A stretch of 54,658 nucleotides of DNA, taken from contig JAGAPJ010000012.1 of the NCBI GenBank assembly GCA_017623315.1, positions 1 to 54,658 on the forward strand, given 5' to 3'. This DNA comes from Clostridia bacterium (GTDB lineage: Bacteria; Bacillota; Clostridia; Oscillospirales; Acutalibacteraceae). This document shows positions 36,315 to 44,967 of the stretch, piece after piece. Below the pieces are notes generated by a model. The model saw nothing but the letters and a program-made list of their open reading frames with translations. It was not told the origin of the DNA and did not search any database. The translations under genes were made by a program, and so were the position numbers. Each line of letters starts with the position of its first letter. The stretch's first letter is position 1.

Positions 36315-37559
36315 ATGCTTAAATGTGATATTGCAATAATTGGCGGCGGTCCTGCAGGCATGGCGGCGGCTTGTGCTGCTTATGATGCGGGCGTAAAGGA
36401 TGTAATTATTTTCGACCGCGAAGATGAAATGGGCGGCATTTTAAGACAGTGTATACATAACGGCTTCGGTCTTCATAAGCTTGGAAAAGAGCTTACAGGT
36501 CCTGAATATGCCGCTGTTTATGCTGATATGGTAAAGGAACGTGGCATTAAGGTTTATACCAACACTACAGTTTTAAAGTTGTCTAATGATAAGGTTATAA
36601 CCGCAACCAACACCGAAGGTATTTTAAAGGTTAAGGCAATTTCTGTTATTCTTGCAATGGGTTGCCGTGAACGTAGCCGCGGCGCACTTAATATTTGCGG
36701 TACACGTCCTGCAGGTATTTACAGCGCAGGTACAGCCCAAAAGCTTATTAACTGCGAAGGCTATATGGTGGGCAAAAAGGTTGTAATTCTCGGCTCGGGT
36801 GATATTGGTCTTATTATGGCACGCCGTATGTCACTCGAGGGCGCAAAGGTTGAAGCCGTTTGTGAAATTATGTCTTATTCGGGCGGTTTAACCCGTAATA
36901 TTGTTCAGTGCCTTGAGGACTATAACATTCCGCTTTATCTTTCAACAACTGTTGCTGAAATTCACGGACGTGAGCGTTTAGAGGGTGTAACCATTGCCGA
37001 GGTTGACGCTAACCGTCAGCCCATTGAAAGCACCAAGCGTTATATTCCTTGCGATACCTTACTTTTATCCTGCGGTCTTATTCCCGAAAATGAATTAACC
37101 ACAGGTGCAGGTATAGAAATTGACCATATCACCTCTGGCGCGGTGGTTGACCAAAATCGCCAAACCGAAATTGAGGGTGTGTTTGCTTGCGGTAACGTGC
37201 TTCAGGTACACGACCTTGTTGACTACGTTTCGGATGAAGCTGAAATCGCAGGTAAGGGCGCGGCAGAATACGTTATGGGCAAAAGCACAAAGGGTGAGGT
37301 TATTATCACAAAGTCAGGTAATGGTGTTCGTTACGTATTGCCCCAACGCATTGTTAAGAATGATGAGGGTGTTTCGCTTTTCCTTCGTGTAACCAAGCCC
37401 TTTGGTAAGGTAAAATTTACCGTTAAATCGGGCAATGAAGTTTTGGTAACTGCAATTCGTATAAAAGCCGCCCCCGGTGAAATGGAAAAATTAACCGTTA
37501 AGGCTGATAAAATGGCTATTGCTAAAAATGAAATTACCGTCGAATTGGAGGAAGTATAA
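36315..37559 (+). CDS. NAD(P)/FAD-dependent pyridine-nucleotide-disulfide-type oxidoreductase
   Basis: 414 aa with IAIIGGGPAGMAAA and VILGSGDIGL dinucleotide motifs. Confidence 0.85.
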   Translation: MLKCDIAIIGGGPAGMAAACAAYDAGVKDVIIFDREDEMGGILRQCIHNGFGLHKLGKELTGPEYAAVYADMVKERGIKVYTNTTVLKLSNDKVITATNTEGILKVKAISVILAMGCRERSRGALNICGTRPAGIYSAGTAQKLINCEGYMVGKKVVILGSGDIGLIMARRMSLEGAKVEAVCEIMSYSGGLTRNIVQCLEDYNIPLYLSTTVAEIHGRERLEGVTIAEVDANRQPIESTKRYIPCDTLLLSCGLIPENELTTGAGIEIDHITSGAVVDQNRQTEIEGVFACGNVLQVHDLVDYVSDEAEIAGKGAAEYVMGKSTKGEVIITKSGNGVRYVLPQRIVKNDEGVSLFLRVTKPFGKVKFTVKSGNEVLVTAIRIKAAPGEMEKLTVKADKMAIAKNEITVELEEV

Positions 37560-37906
37560 TGAAACGTGAACTTACTTGTATAATTTGCCCCCGTGGTTGC
37601 GGTCTTACTGTCCAAATTAATGGTGATAATGTGACAGTTACAGGTAACGGTTGTCCCAAGGGTGTGCAGTACGGAATTGACGAATGTACAAACCCCACCC
37701 GTACAGTCACCTCTATTGTGCGTGTCGCAAACCGTATTGACACTATGGTAAGTGTTAAAACCGAAAGTCCCATACCTAAAGGCAACATTTTTGACCTTAT
37801 GGAAATTATCCGCAAAAAAGAAGTTAACGCACCTATTGAAATTGGCGACGTAATATGCGATAATGTTTTTGGTACAAAAGTAATTGCAACAAAGCAGGTG
37901 AAGTAA
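37559..37906 (+). CDS. DUF1667-family Cys-rich protein
   Basis: 115 aa with CIICPRGC...GNGCPKG. Typical third gene of this cluster. Confidence 0.8.
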   Translation: MKRELTCIICPRGCGLTVQINGDNVTVTGNGCPKGVQYGIDECTNPTRTVTSIVRVANRIDTMVSVKTESPIPKGNIFDLMEIIRKKEVNAPIEIGDVICDNVFGTKVIATKQVK

Positions 37907-38709
37907 TGGATATAAACCAAACTGTAAAACAGGTAAAGCTGTTTCTGTTTGATATGGACGGCACACTTTATTTGGGTGACCAACTTTACGATTTTACAAT
38001 TGAGCTTTTAAACACTATTAAAAAAAATGGCTCAAGATATATGTTTATGACGAATAATTCCTCCAAAAGTGTTAATGCATATATTGAAAAGCTTGATAAA
38101 TTAGGCATTAAAGCCACTAAAGAGGATTTTATAACCTCTTCACAGGCAACTGCCTTTTACCTTAAAAAGCACCATAAAAACGCTACACTTTACGTTTGCG
38201 GTACACAGTCGCTAAAGGACGAGCTGATTAGTGAAGGCTTTAAGATTAGTGAAAATTTGGACGAGGTTCAGTGCATTGTAATGGGCTTTGATACCGAGCT
38301 TACCTTTAAAAAGCTACACGATATTTCGTTTATGCTTTGCACAAGGGAATTGCCCTATATTGCAACTAATCCCGATTACGTTTGTCCTACTGAATTTGGT
38401 TCAGTGCCTGACTGCGGCAGTGTTTGCGATATGATTTTTAACGCAACAGGCAAACGCCCCATAGTAATTGGTAAGCCCGAAGCATTAATGCCACAGCTTG
38501 CAATGGAAATGGCGGGTGTTTCTAAGGCGCAAACCGCCGTTATTGGTGATAGAATTTATACTGACATTAAAAGCGGCATAAATGCAGGTGCTGTTACCGT
38601 TTTGGTTATGAGCGGTGAAACTACCTACGAAGTGCTCGAAAAATCGGCTGATAAGCCTGATGTTGTATTGGAAGATGCAGGACTTATGATACCAATGATT
38701 AAGGATTAA
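37906..38709 (+). CDS. HAD-IIA family phosphatase (NagD-like)
   Basis: 267 aa with LFDMDGTLY, MTNNSS and GDRIYTDI motifs. Confidence 0.88.
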   Translation: MDINQTVKQVKLFLFDMDGTLYLGDQLYDFTIELLNTIKKNGSRYMFMTNNSSKSVNAYIEKLDKLGIKATKEDFITSSQATAFYLKKHHKNATLYVCGTQSLKDELISEGFKISENLDEVQCIVMGFDTELTFKKLHDISFMLCTRELPYIATNPDYVCPTEFGSVPDCGSVCDMIFNATGKRPIVIGKPEALMPQLAMEMAGVSKAQTAVIGDRIYTDIKSGINAGAVTVLVMSGETTYEVLEKSADKPDVVLEDAGLMIPMIKD

Positions 38710-38716
38710 TTACACA

Positions 38717-38746
38717 AAAAGCACCCAACGAAAGTTGAGTGCTTTT
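38717..38746. terminator. Bidirectional terminator
   Basis: Stem aaaagcacccaac/gttgagtgctttt with one mismatch. Confidence 0.8.
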
Positions 38747-38747
38747 A

Positions 38748-38948
38748 CTATTTAACTTCGGCGTTTTTAATTGCGTAATCTAAAAGAATGTTTATAAGTT
38801 CATTGCGTGAACGATTGGTATTTTCTGAAAGTTCGTCAAGTTTTTCTACAGTTTTATCCTTGATTCTAATAGAAAAAGTTTTAAATCCATCCTCGCCTTT
38901 GAGGGATTTCTTGTTGATTATAAGTTTTTCTTCCATAATATTATTCAC
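38748..38948 (-). CDS. Ribbon-helix-helix (CopG/Arc-like) protein
   Basis: 66 aa, GTG start. FSIRIKDKTVEKLDELSENTNRSRNELINILLDYAI fits a beta-alpha-alpha RHH pattern. Confidence 0.7.
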   Translation of the reverse strand: MNNIMEEKLIINKKSLKGEDGFKTFSIRIKDKTVEKLDELSENTNRSRNELINILLDYAIKNAEVK

Positions 38949-38965
38949 CTCAATATTATTATGAC

Positions 38966-39004
38966 TTGATTTATGTTATAAATATATGTTATAATTTATA
39001 ACAT
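38966..39004 (+). promoter_or_regulatory. Promoter overlapped by three ATGTTATAA 9-mers
   Basis: TTGATT (38966-38971), 18-nt spacer, TATAAT (38990-38995). 9-mers at 38973-38981 and 38986-38994, plus an inverted copy at 38996-39004. Confidence 0.6.
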
Positions 39005-39035
39005 AATAGGTTTGAAAAAATATAAAGGTGATTAT

Positions 39036-39401
39036 ATGAATAAGATAAATGAACGTGTAAGAAAAATCAGAAAGCAAGCCAAATACAGTCAAGCCATGCT
39101 TGGAAAAATGCTTAATTTAAAAACAAGCACATATTCACAAAAAGAACGTGAAGGTAAATTAAGCTGAGAAGAATTGCTGATATTAGCCGATATTTTTAAG
39201 GTTGACGTACGAAAATTTTTGTATGATGATATAGCGGATGAAATAAAACCGTACGTAATTATCCCTGACGAGTATTATATGTTAAATGACCGCGAAGGTC
39301 ATATAATAACAATGTATCGAAACGTGTCAAAACAAAAGCAAAAGGAAATATTTGCATTTGTGTTTAATACATTTAAAATGAAGCATCATTTCAAATTATA
39401 G
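39036..39401 (+). pseudogene. XRE-family HTH gene (paralogue of 24063-24434) interrupted by an in-frame TGA
   Basis: ATG at 39036. Translation MNKINERVRKIRKQAKYSQAMLGKMLNLKTSTYSQKEREGKLS, then TGA (39165-39167), then EELLILADIFKVDV... in the same frame. The paralogue has Gly at that position. Confidence 0.7.
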
Positions 39402-39687
39402 TTTATCGATTGGTTGAATTGATATATTTTTGGCTCCCTCTGACGAGGGAACTGTTGAGCGTTAGCGAAACTGAGGGAGAGAAAAATATTTGATTTGCTG
39501 TATTTTTATTTTCTCCCTCCGTCTTTTTGCTCCGAAAAATCCACCTCTCGCACTGCGGTGCTCGGTCCCTCCGCGGCTATAACAGTCCACCGGACTGTTA
39601 TTCACTACCGCGTCGCTCGCTACGCTAACCTCATCAGATGGAGGCATTGGTTTGTACAATCAATTCAGCCCCATAAACCCCAATTTT
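39389..39687. repeat. Nested-palindromic GC-rich intergenic element, copy B (with an 84-nt internal insertion)
   Basis: Same core as copy A (ggctccctctgacgaggga ... cctcatcagatggaggc ... gtttgtacaat). Ends tttcaaattatagtttatcg / cataaaccccaatttt. Extra segment at 39545-39628 with a 10-bp hairpin at 39579-39601. Confidence 0.85.
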
Positions 39688-39690
39688 ATT

Positions 39691-40758
39691 CTATAAAAGA
39701 ATCAAATCCTTTGGGCTTTTAGTTAAATTTTCACATCCGTTATCATTAACACAAACAACGTCCTCTATTCTTACCCCGAATTCATTTTCAAGGTAAATTC
39801 CAGGCTCAACCGAAAGCACCATACCGCTTTGAAGCTTGGTGGTATCCCTTAAATTAAACGACGGTGATTCGTGCACTTCAATACCCAGGCTGTGACCAAG
39901 CCCGTGGCCGAAGCAGCCCTTAAACCCTGCATTATCAATAATATTACGGGCAACTGCATCAATTTCCTTACAAACTGCACCTGCTTTGATTTGCTTTAAC
40001 GCTTCAAGCTGTGCCTTAAGCACGGTATCATAAACAAGCCGTTGTTTATCCGAAACATCACCAAGCGCTATTGTACGTGTCATGTCAGCGCAATAACCGT
40101 TATACCTTGCGCCAAAATCCATTGTTATAAAATCACCGTTTTTTAGTTGTCGTTCACCAGGTGTGCCATGCGGTAAGGAGGAATTTTCACCGCTTACCAC
40201 GATAAAATCAAAAGCAATGCCGTCACTTCCGCGTTTACGCATATAAAATTCCAATTCCAAGGCAATTGCCTTTTCGGTTTTGCCTTGACGAATATAGTCC
40301 AAAATATATTCAAAGCCGTCATCAGTCAATGCCTGTGCCTGACGCATAAAGGCAAGTTCTTCATCACTTTTAATCGCACGAAGTGAATATAAATAATCCT
40401 CTTTTTCTTTGTTATCGCTAATTTCAAAACCGTTTAAATTCTTTTTAAGAGACAAAAATTCATTTAAAGAAAGTGTTCGTGTTTCGGTGTAAACATTTTT
40501 AATGTTTTGGCCTTTTAAAATATCGCTAATTTGCTGCCAAAGCTTATCGCTTAAAATAACGTTACAGCTTTTTACAACCCTTTTAGCCTTTTCATAATAG
40601 CGAAAATCTATAATAAAATCAGCACTGTTTGGGGTTATAACCACAACCCCCGCCGATGATTTAAACCCCGTTAAGTAAAAGCGGTTTGGACCGTAATAAA
40701 CAATAAATGCCTCATTATTTTTTAAGTTTTTTTGAAGCTTTTCTATTCTTTTTATCAT
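39691..40758 (-). CDS. M24-family Xaa-Pro aminopeptidase/dipeptidase
   Basis: 355 aa with DFGARYNGYCADMTRT, HGLGHSLGIEVHE and VEPGIY motifs. Confidence 0.9.
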   Translation of the reverse strand: MIKRIEKLQKNLKNNEAFIVYYGPNRFYLTGFKSSAGVVVITPNSADFIIDFRYYEKAKRVVKSCNVILSDKLWQQISDILKGQNIKNVYTETRTLSLNEFLSLKKNLNGFEISDNKEKEDYLYSLRAIKSDEELAFMRQAQALTDDGFEYILDYIRQGKTEKAIALELEFYMRKRGSDGIAFDFIVVSGENSSLPHGTPGERQLKNGDFITMDFGARYNGYCADMTRTIALGDVSDKQRLVYDTVLKAQLEALKQIKAGAVCKEIDAVARNIIDNAGFKGCFGHGLGHSLGIEVHESPSFNLRDTTKLQSGMVLSVEPGIYLENEFGVRIEDVVCVNDNGCENLTKSPKDLILL

Positions 40759-40759
40759 T

Positions 40760-42061
40760 TTACTTCTCCTTTAAAATAGTGATAACATTTTTCGACAAAA
40801 ACATTAATACTAAAAGATTTATAATAACTAAAACACCGTTTAAAAACTCGGCTGTTTGCCAAATAAAATTTGCCGATAGCACCGCGCCCACCACACAAAA
40901 AAGCGGGTAACTTAAAATAAAAACTTTTTTACCGAAATTTCCATATAAAAATTCGCTAAAGCTTATGCCGTAGGTTGCCCAACCAATAACGCTTGATATA
41001 CCAAAAAGCAATAATAAACCGCTTAAAATATAGCCTGAAGCATTACCGTAAAGGGTCGAAAGTGCCGATATTGTAAGGTGGGATGCTGGTGCTTTATTAT
41101 AGTCTATAATAACCCCGCTTGTTAAAATTGTCAATGCTGTTAAAGTGCATAAAAGTATTGTATCAATAAACACCTCGAAAATTCCGTAAAGGCTTTGCAA
41201 AAAAGGCTTAGCACACAAAACCTGTGAATGTGCAATTGCCGCTGTGCCTACCCCCGCTTCGTTTGAAAAAATACCCTTTGATGCACCAACCGACACCACC
41301 TTTAATATACTGCCTATTGCCCCGCCCGTAACCGCTTTGGGCGAAAAAGCACCTATAAAAATACTTTTAATAGCAAGTGGTATTTGGTTATAATTTTTAA
41401 AAATCACACCAAGGCATAAAAGTATATAAGCAACTGCCATAAAGGGCAAAAGCTTAGTTAAAAAATCGGCAATTTTTTGTGCACCGCCGTATATTATAAC
41501 AAGCACTGCAATAGCCGATAATACCCCGATTAAAAAGCGAATGTCAAGCCTATTTGAAACCCCCGATACCGCTGAATTTATCTGCGTCATATTACCACAA
41601 AAAAAGGTTGCAAAAAAACCGATAAAAGCAAATATAAAGCTTATAAATCTAAGTTTTTTCGGCATTGCATTATTAATATAAATATGCGGTCCGCCCGTAA
41701 AATTTCCACCCTTTTTACTGCGGTAAAAAACGCCTAAAGCAATTTCGGCCGACTTTATAACCATACTAAAAAAAGCACTGACCCACATCCAAAAAACCGC
41801 CCCTGCACCACCTGTGGATAACGCCGCCGCTACCCCCACGATATTACCCGTGCCAAGTGCCGCCGAAAGCGAATTGCACATTGCCGAAAAGCTGCTTATT
41901 CCCCTACCCTTTTCACCCTTAAGCGCAATAAAAGATTTAGAGAAATATTTAAGCTGAAAAAAGCCTGTTTTAAGGGTAAAATATCCACCCACAAGCACTG
42001 TTAAACAAAACGGAAAAGCACCCGATATAAGTGTAAGCATAAAATTGACCAAATTAACCAC
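40760..42061 (-). CDS. Alanine/glycine:cation symporter (AGCS family)
   Basis: 433 aa with the GGAGAVFWMWVSAFF motif. GTG start. Confidence 0.88.
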   Translation of the reverse strand: MVNLVNFMLTLISGAFPFCLTVLVGGYFTLKTGFFQLKYFSKSFIALKGEKGRGISSFSAMCNSLSAALGTGNIVGVAAALSTGGAGAVFWMWVSAFFSMVIKSAEIALGVFYRSKKGGNFTGGPHIYINNAMPKKLRFISFIFAFIGFFATFFCGNMTQINSAVSGVSNRLDIRFLIGVLSAIAVLVIIYGGAQKIADFLTKLLPFMAVAYILLCLGVIFKNYNQIPLAIKSIFIGAFSPKAVTGGAIGSILKVVSVGASKGIFSNEAGVGTAAIAHSQVLCAKPFLQSLYGIFEVFIDTILLCTLTALTILTSGVIIDYNKAPASHLTISALSTLYGNASGYILSGLLLLFGISSVIGWATYGISFSEFLYGNFGKKVFILSYPLFCVVGAVLSANFIWQTAEFLNGVLVIINLLVLMFLSKNVITILKEK

Positions 42062-42163
42062 CGCAACATTTTATGAATAATTTGAAAAATTTATGTTTTC
42101 TATTGTCTTTTTTATTCTAATATATTATAATAATTTATATATAACTATTTAAGGGGTGAAGTA

Positions 42164-43288
42164 ATGATATATCTTGATAATTCAGCCACAACAAAACCTT
42201 GTAAAAAAGCGGTTGATTTTTTAAATAATGCCTTAATGAAAAATTGGGGTAACCCGTCGTCCTTACATATTTTAGGTATGAACGCTGAAGATATTGTCAA
42301 TACTTCACGCAAGGCGGTTGCGAAAACACTGAACGCTCGAGAAAGTGAAATTATTTTCACATCCTGCGGTAGCGAAGCTAACAATATGGCATTTATGTCG
42401 GCACTTTACCGCAAAAATCGCGGTAACCGCATTATTACCACCGCAATTGAGCACCCATCGGTTTTAGAGGCTGCAAAGCGTATGGAGGAATTAGGCTTTG
42501 AGGTTATTTATTTAAAACCAAACCAAAACGGTGTTATTTCACTTGACAATTTAAAAAACGCCTTAAACAATAAAACCCTGCTTGTAAGCATCATGATGGT
42601 TAATAACGAAATTGGTACTATTCAGCCAATTGAGGAAGCTGTAAAGCTTACAAAAGCAGCTGCTCCCTTTTCTTATTTTCATACCGATGCGGTACAAGCC
42701 TATGGCAAAATGCCGATTAACGTCCAAAAACTTGGTGTTGATATGCTTACCGCCAGCGGTCATAAAATACACGCTCCAAAAGGTATTGGCTTTTTGTATA
42801 AAAACCCAAAATGCCATATCGAACCTTTTATTGTGGGTGGCGGGCAGGAAAAAGGTATGCGTTCGGGTACCGAATGTGTCCCACTTATTGCAGCACTTCA
42901 CGGCGCTGTTGAGGAACTACCAAACCCTGCGGCACACCTTTTAAAAATGCGTGAGCTTTATAATTACGCTAAAGAAAAGGTCACCCTTGACAGAGATGTT
43001 ATTATAAATTCGTTTGACGAAGGTCTGCCCTATATTTTAAATATATCAATTCCAGGTTACCGTAGTGAAACAATGCTTCACTTTTTGGAAAGTAAGGACA
43101 TTTATGTTTCAAGCGGAAGTGCCTGCGCTAAGGGTAGTACAAGCTATGTTTTAAGGGAAATTGGTGCAAACGAAAAGCTGCAGGATTCTATGCTTCGCAT
43201 AAGCTTTAATCATTCAACCACAAAAGATGATATTGATAAGCTTTGCGACGCTTTAACTATTGCTAAAAAGCAAATTAGAAAGGTTTAA
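42164..43288 (+). CDS. Cysteine desulfurase (NifS/IscS family)
   Basis: 374 aa with MIYLDNSATT, SGHKIHAPKGIG (PLP Lys) and SSGSACA motifs. Confidence 0.92.
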   Translation: MIYLDNSATTKPCKKAVDFLNNALMKNWGNPSSLHILGMNAEDIVNTSRKAVAKTLNARESEIIFTSCGSEANNMAFMSALYRKNRGNRIITTAIEHPSVLEAAKRMEELGFEVIYLKPNQNGVISLDNLKNALNNKTLLVSIMMVNNEIGTIQPIEEAVKLTKAAAPFSYFHTDAVQAYGKMPINVQKLGVDMLTASGHKIHAPKGIGFLYKNPKCHIEPFIVGGGQEKGMRSGTECVPLIAALHGAVEELPNPAAHLLKMRELYNYAKEKVTLDRDVIINSFDEGLPYILNISIPGYRSETMLHFLESKDIYVSSGSACAKGSTSYVLREIGANEKLQDSMLRISFNHSTTKDDIDKLCDALTIAKKQIRKV

Positions 43289-43290
43289 AA

Positions 43291-44460
43291 ATGAAGGAAA
43301 TTATACTTATTAAAAACGGTGAATTAACTCTTAAGGGCTTAAACCGTTGCAATTTTGAAGATATTTTAATTAGAAACATTCGCAAAAGTATTCGTGATTT
43401 GGGCGAATGTAATATTAAAAAAGCACAGTCCACAATTTTTATTGAGCCTAAGGACGAAGGCTTTGATTTTGAGGAAGCCCTTGTAAGAATTAAACGTGTT
43501 TTCGGTATTGCCGCATTTAGCCGTGCCTGTGTTTGCGAAAAGGATATGGCTGATATTATTTCAAAATCACCCAACTATTTGCGTGACGACCTTAAAAAAG
43601 TCAAAACCTTTAAGGTAGAGGCTAAGCGTTCGGATAAGCGTTTTCCCTTAACCTCACCCGAAATTTGCCGTGAAATAGGCGGTGTGCTATTATCACACTT
43701 CCCTCACCTTTCGGTTGATGTTCACAATCCCGACTTAGTGGTTAACGTTGAAATTCGCGACTTTAACGCTTATGTTCGCGGTGAACAAATACAAGGTGCG
43801 GGCGGTCTTCCTGTTGGCACGGCAGGTACTGCTTCGATTTTAATTTCAGGAGGTATTGACAGCCCTGTTGCCGCTTGGTGTATGGCAAAGCGCGGTTTGC
43901 GCCTTAATGCAATTCACTTTGCAAGTCCACCCTACACAAGTGCCCGTGCCGAGCAAAAGGTTAAAACCCTTCTATCAAAGGTTGCGCGTTACAGCGGAAC
44001 CATTAACCTTGCAATTGTCCCCTTTACCGAAATTCAGGACAAAATTGCCGAATACTGCCCCGAAGATTACTTCACCCTTATAATGCGCCGTATGATGATG
44101 CGTATTTCACAAAAAATTGCTGCAAATTCAAACAGTCTTGCGCTTATTACAGGTGAAAGTCTCGGTCAGGTTGCAAGTCAGACACTGCCCGCACTTGTTA
44201 CCACCGACTATGTTTGTAATATGCCTGTTCTTCGTCCCTTAATCGGTATGGACAAAGAAGAAATTATTGAAATTTCACGCAAAATTGACACCTTTGAAAC
44301 TTCAATTTTACCTTACGAGGACTGCTGTACTGTATTCACTCCCAAGCACCCCAAAACCCGTCCTACTTTACAGTCCTGTGAAGAAGCCGAAGGCAATTTA
44401 CCAATTGATGAATTAATTGAAAAAGCCATAAGCGAAACTATTTACACCTATATTGATTAA
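43291..44460 (+). CDS. thiI: tRNA 4-thiouridine(8) synthase ThiI
   Basis: 389 aa with a THUMP-like N-terminus and PP-loop SGGIDSPVA. Confidence 0.92.
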   Translation: MKEIILIKNGELTLKGLNRCNFEDILIRNIRKSIRDLGECNIKKAQSTIFIEPKDEGFDFEEALVRIKRVFGIAAFSRACVCEKDMADIISKSPNYLRDDLKKVKTFKVEAKRSDKRFPLTSPEICREIGGVLLSHFPHLSVDVHNPDLVVNVEIRDFNAYVRGEQIQGAGGLPVGTAGTASILISGGIDSPVAAWCMAKRGLRLNAIHFASPPYTSARAEQKVKTLLSKVARYSGTINLAIVPFTEIQDKIAEYCPEDYFTLIMRRMMMRISQKIAANSNSLALITGESLGQVASQTLPALVTTDYVCNMPVLRPLIGMDKEEIIEISRKIDTFETSILPYEDCCTVFTPKHPKTRPTLQSCEEAEGNLPIDELIEKAISETIYTYID

Positions 44461-44463
44461 GAG

Positions 44464-44967
44464 GTGAACACCTTGACCCAAATTCTAAATAACGCCGCCG
44501 AAAAAGCCGTTAATATTCTAAAACAAAATAATAAGACGGTTGCCACAGCCGAAAGCTGCACAGGCGGTCTTTTATCCACCCTTATAACCTCGGTTTCGGG
44601 TGCGTCAGCAGTTTTCCTGCTTGGTGTATGCTCATATTCACCCAAAGCCAAAAATGAAATTTTAAAGGTCAAAACTGAAACACTTAAAAATTATGGCACA
44701 GTAAGCGAATTTACAGCCAAGGAAATGGCGGAAAACGTCCGTCAAATTTCAGGGGCTGATATCGGGCTTTCGGTAACGGGTGTTGCAGGCCCTGACCCTT
44801 CTGAGAACAAACCCGTCGGGCTTGTTTATATAGCTTTAAGCTACCAAAACAATACCCATGTTAAAACACTAAATATTGAAAATCACGGTCGCGATTATAT
44901 AAGAAAAGTCGTTGCTTTAGAGGTTTTCAATTTACTAATAAATCATTTAAATTTGGAGGAACAATAA
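44464..44967 (+). CDS. CinA C-terminal-domain protein (nicotinamide-nucleotide amidohydrolase, PncC-like)
   Basis: ATAESCTGGLL motif. The TTG at 44473 fits the aagagg RBS better than the track GTG at 44464. Confidence 0.85.
   Translation: MNTLTQILNNAAEKAVNILKQNNKTVATAESCTGGLLSTLITSVSGASAVFLLGVCSYSPKAKNEILKVKTETLKNYGTVSEFTAKEMAENVRQISGADIGLSVTGVAGPDPSENKPVGLVYIALSYQNNTHVKTLNIENHGRDYIRKVVALEVFNLLINHLNLEEQ

Noticed and set aside
37331-37983. Long antisense ORFs (211 aa and 149 aa, minus strand) across the oxidoreductase/DUF1667/HAD genes. A similar case is 22846-23325 (159 aa), antisense to feoB.
   Set aside because: They are fully embedded antisense to strongly recognisable genes. Their translations are low-complexity with no start context. 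They are typical shadow ORFs.
39165-39167. Possibility that TGA is recoded (Gly or Trp, as in genetic codes 25 or 4), because it aligns with Gly in the paralogue.
   Set aside because: TGA clearly terminates several well-conserved genes in the same window: the tepA-like gene at 27717-27719, ftsK at 30153-30155, trxB at 51445-51447 and gene 14571-15407. The genome therefore uses the standard code 11.
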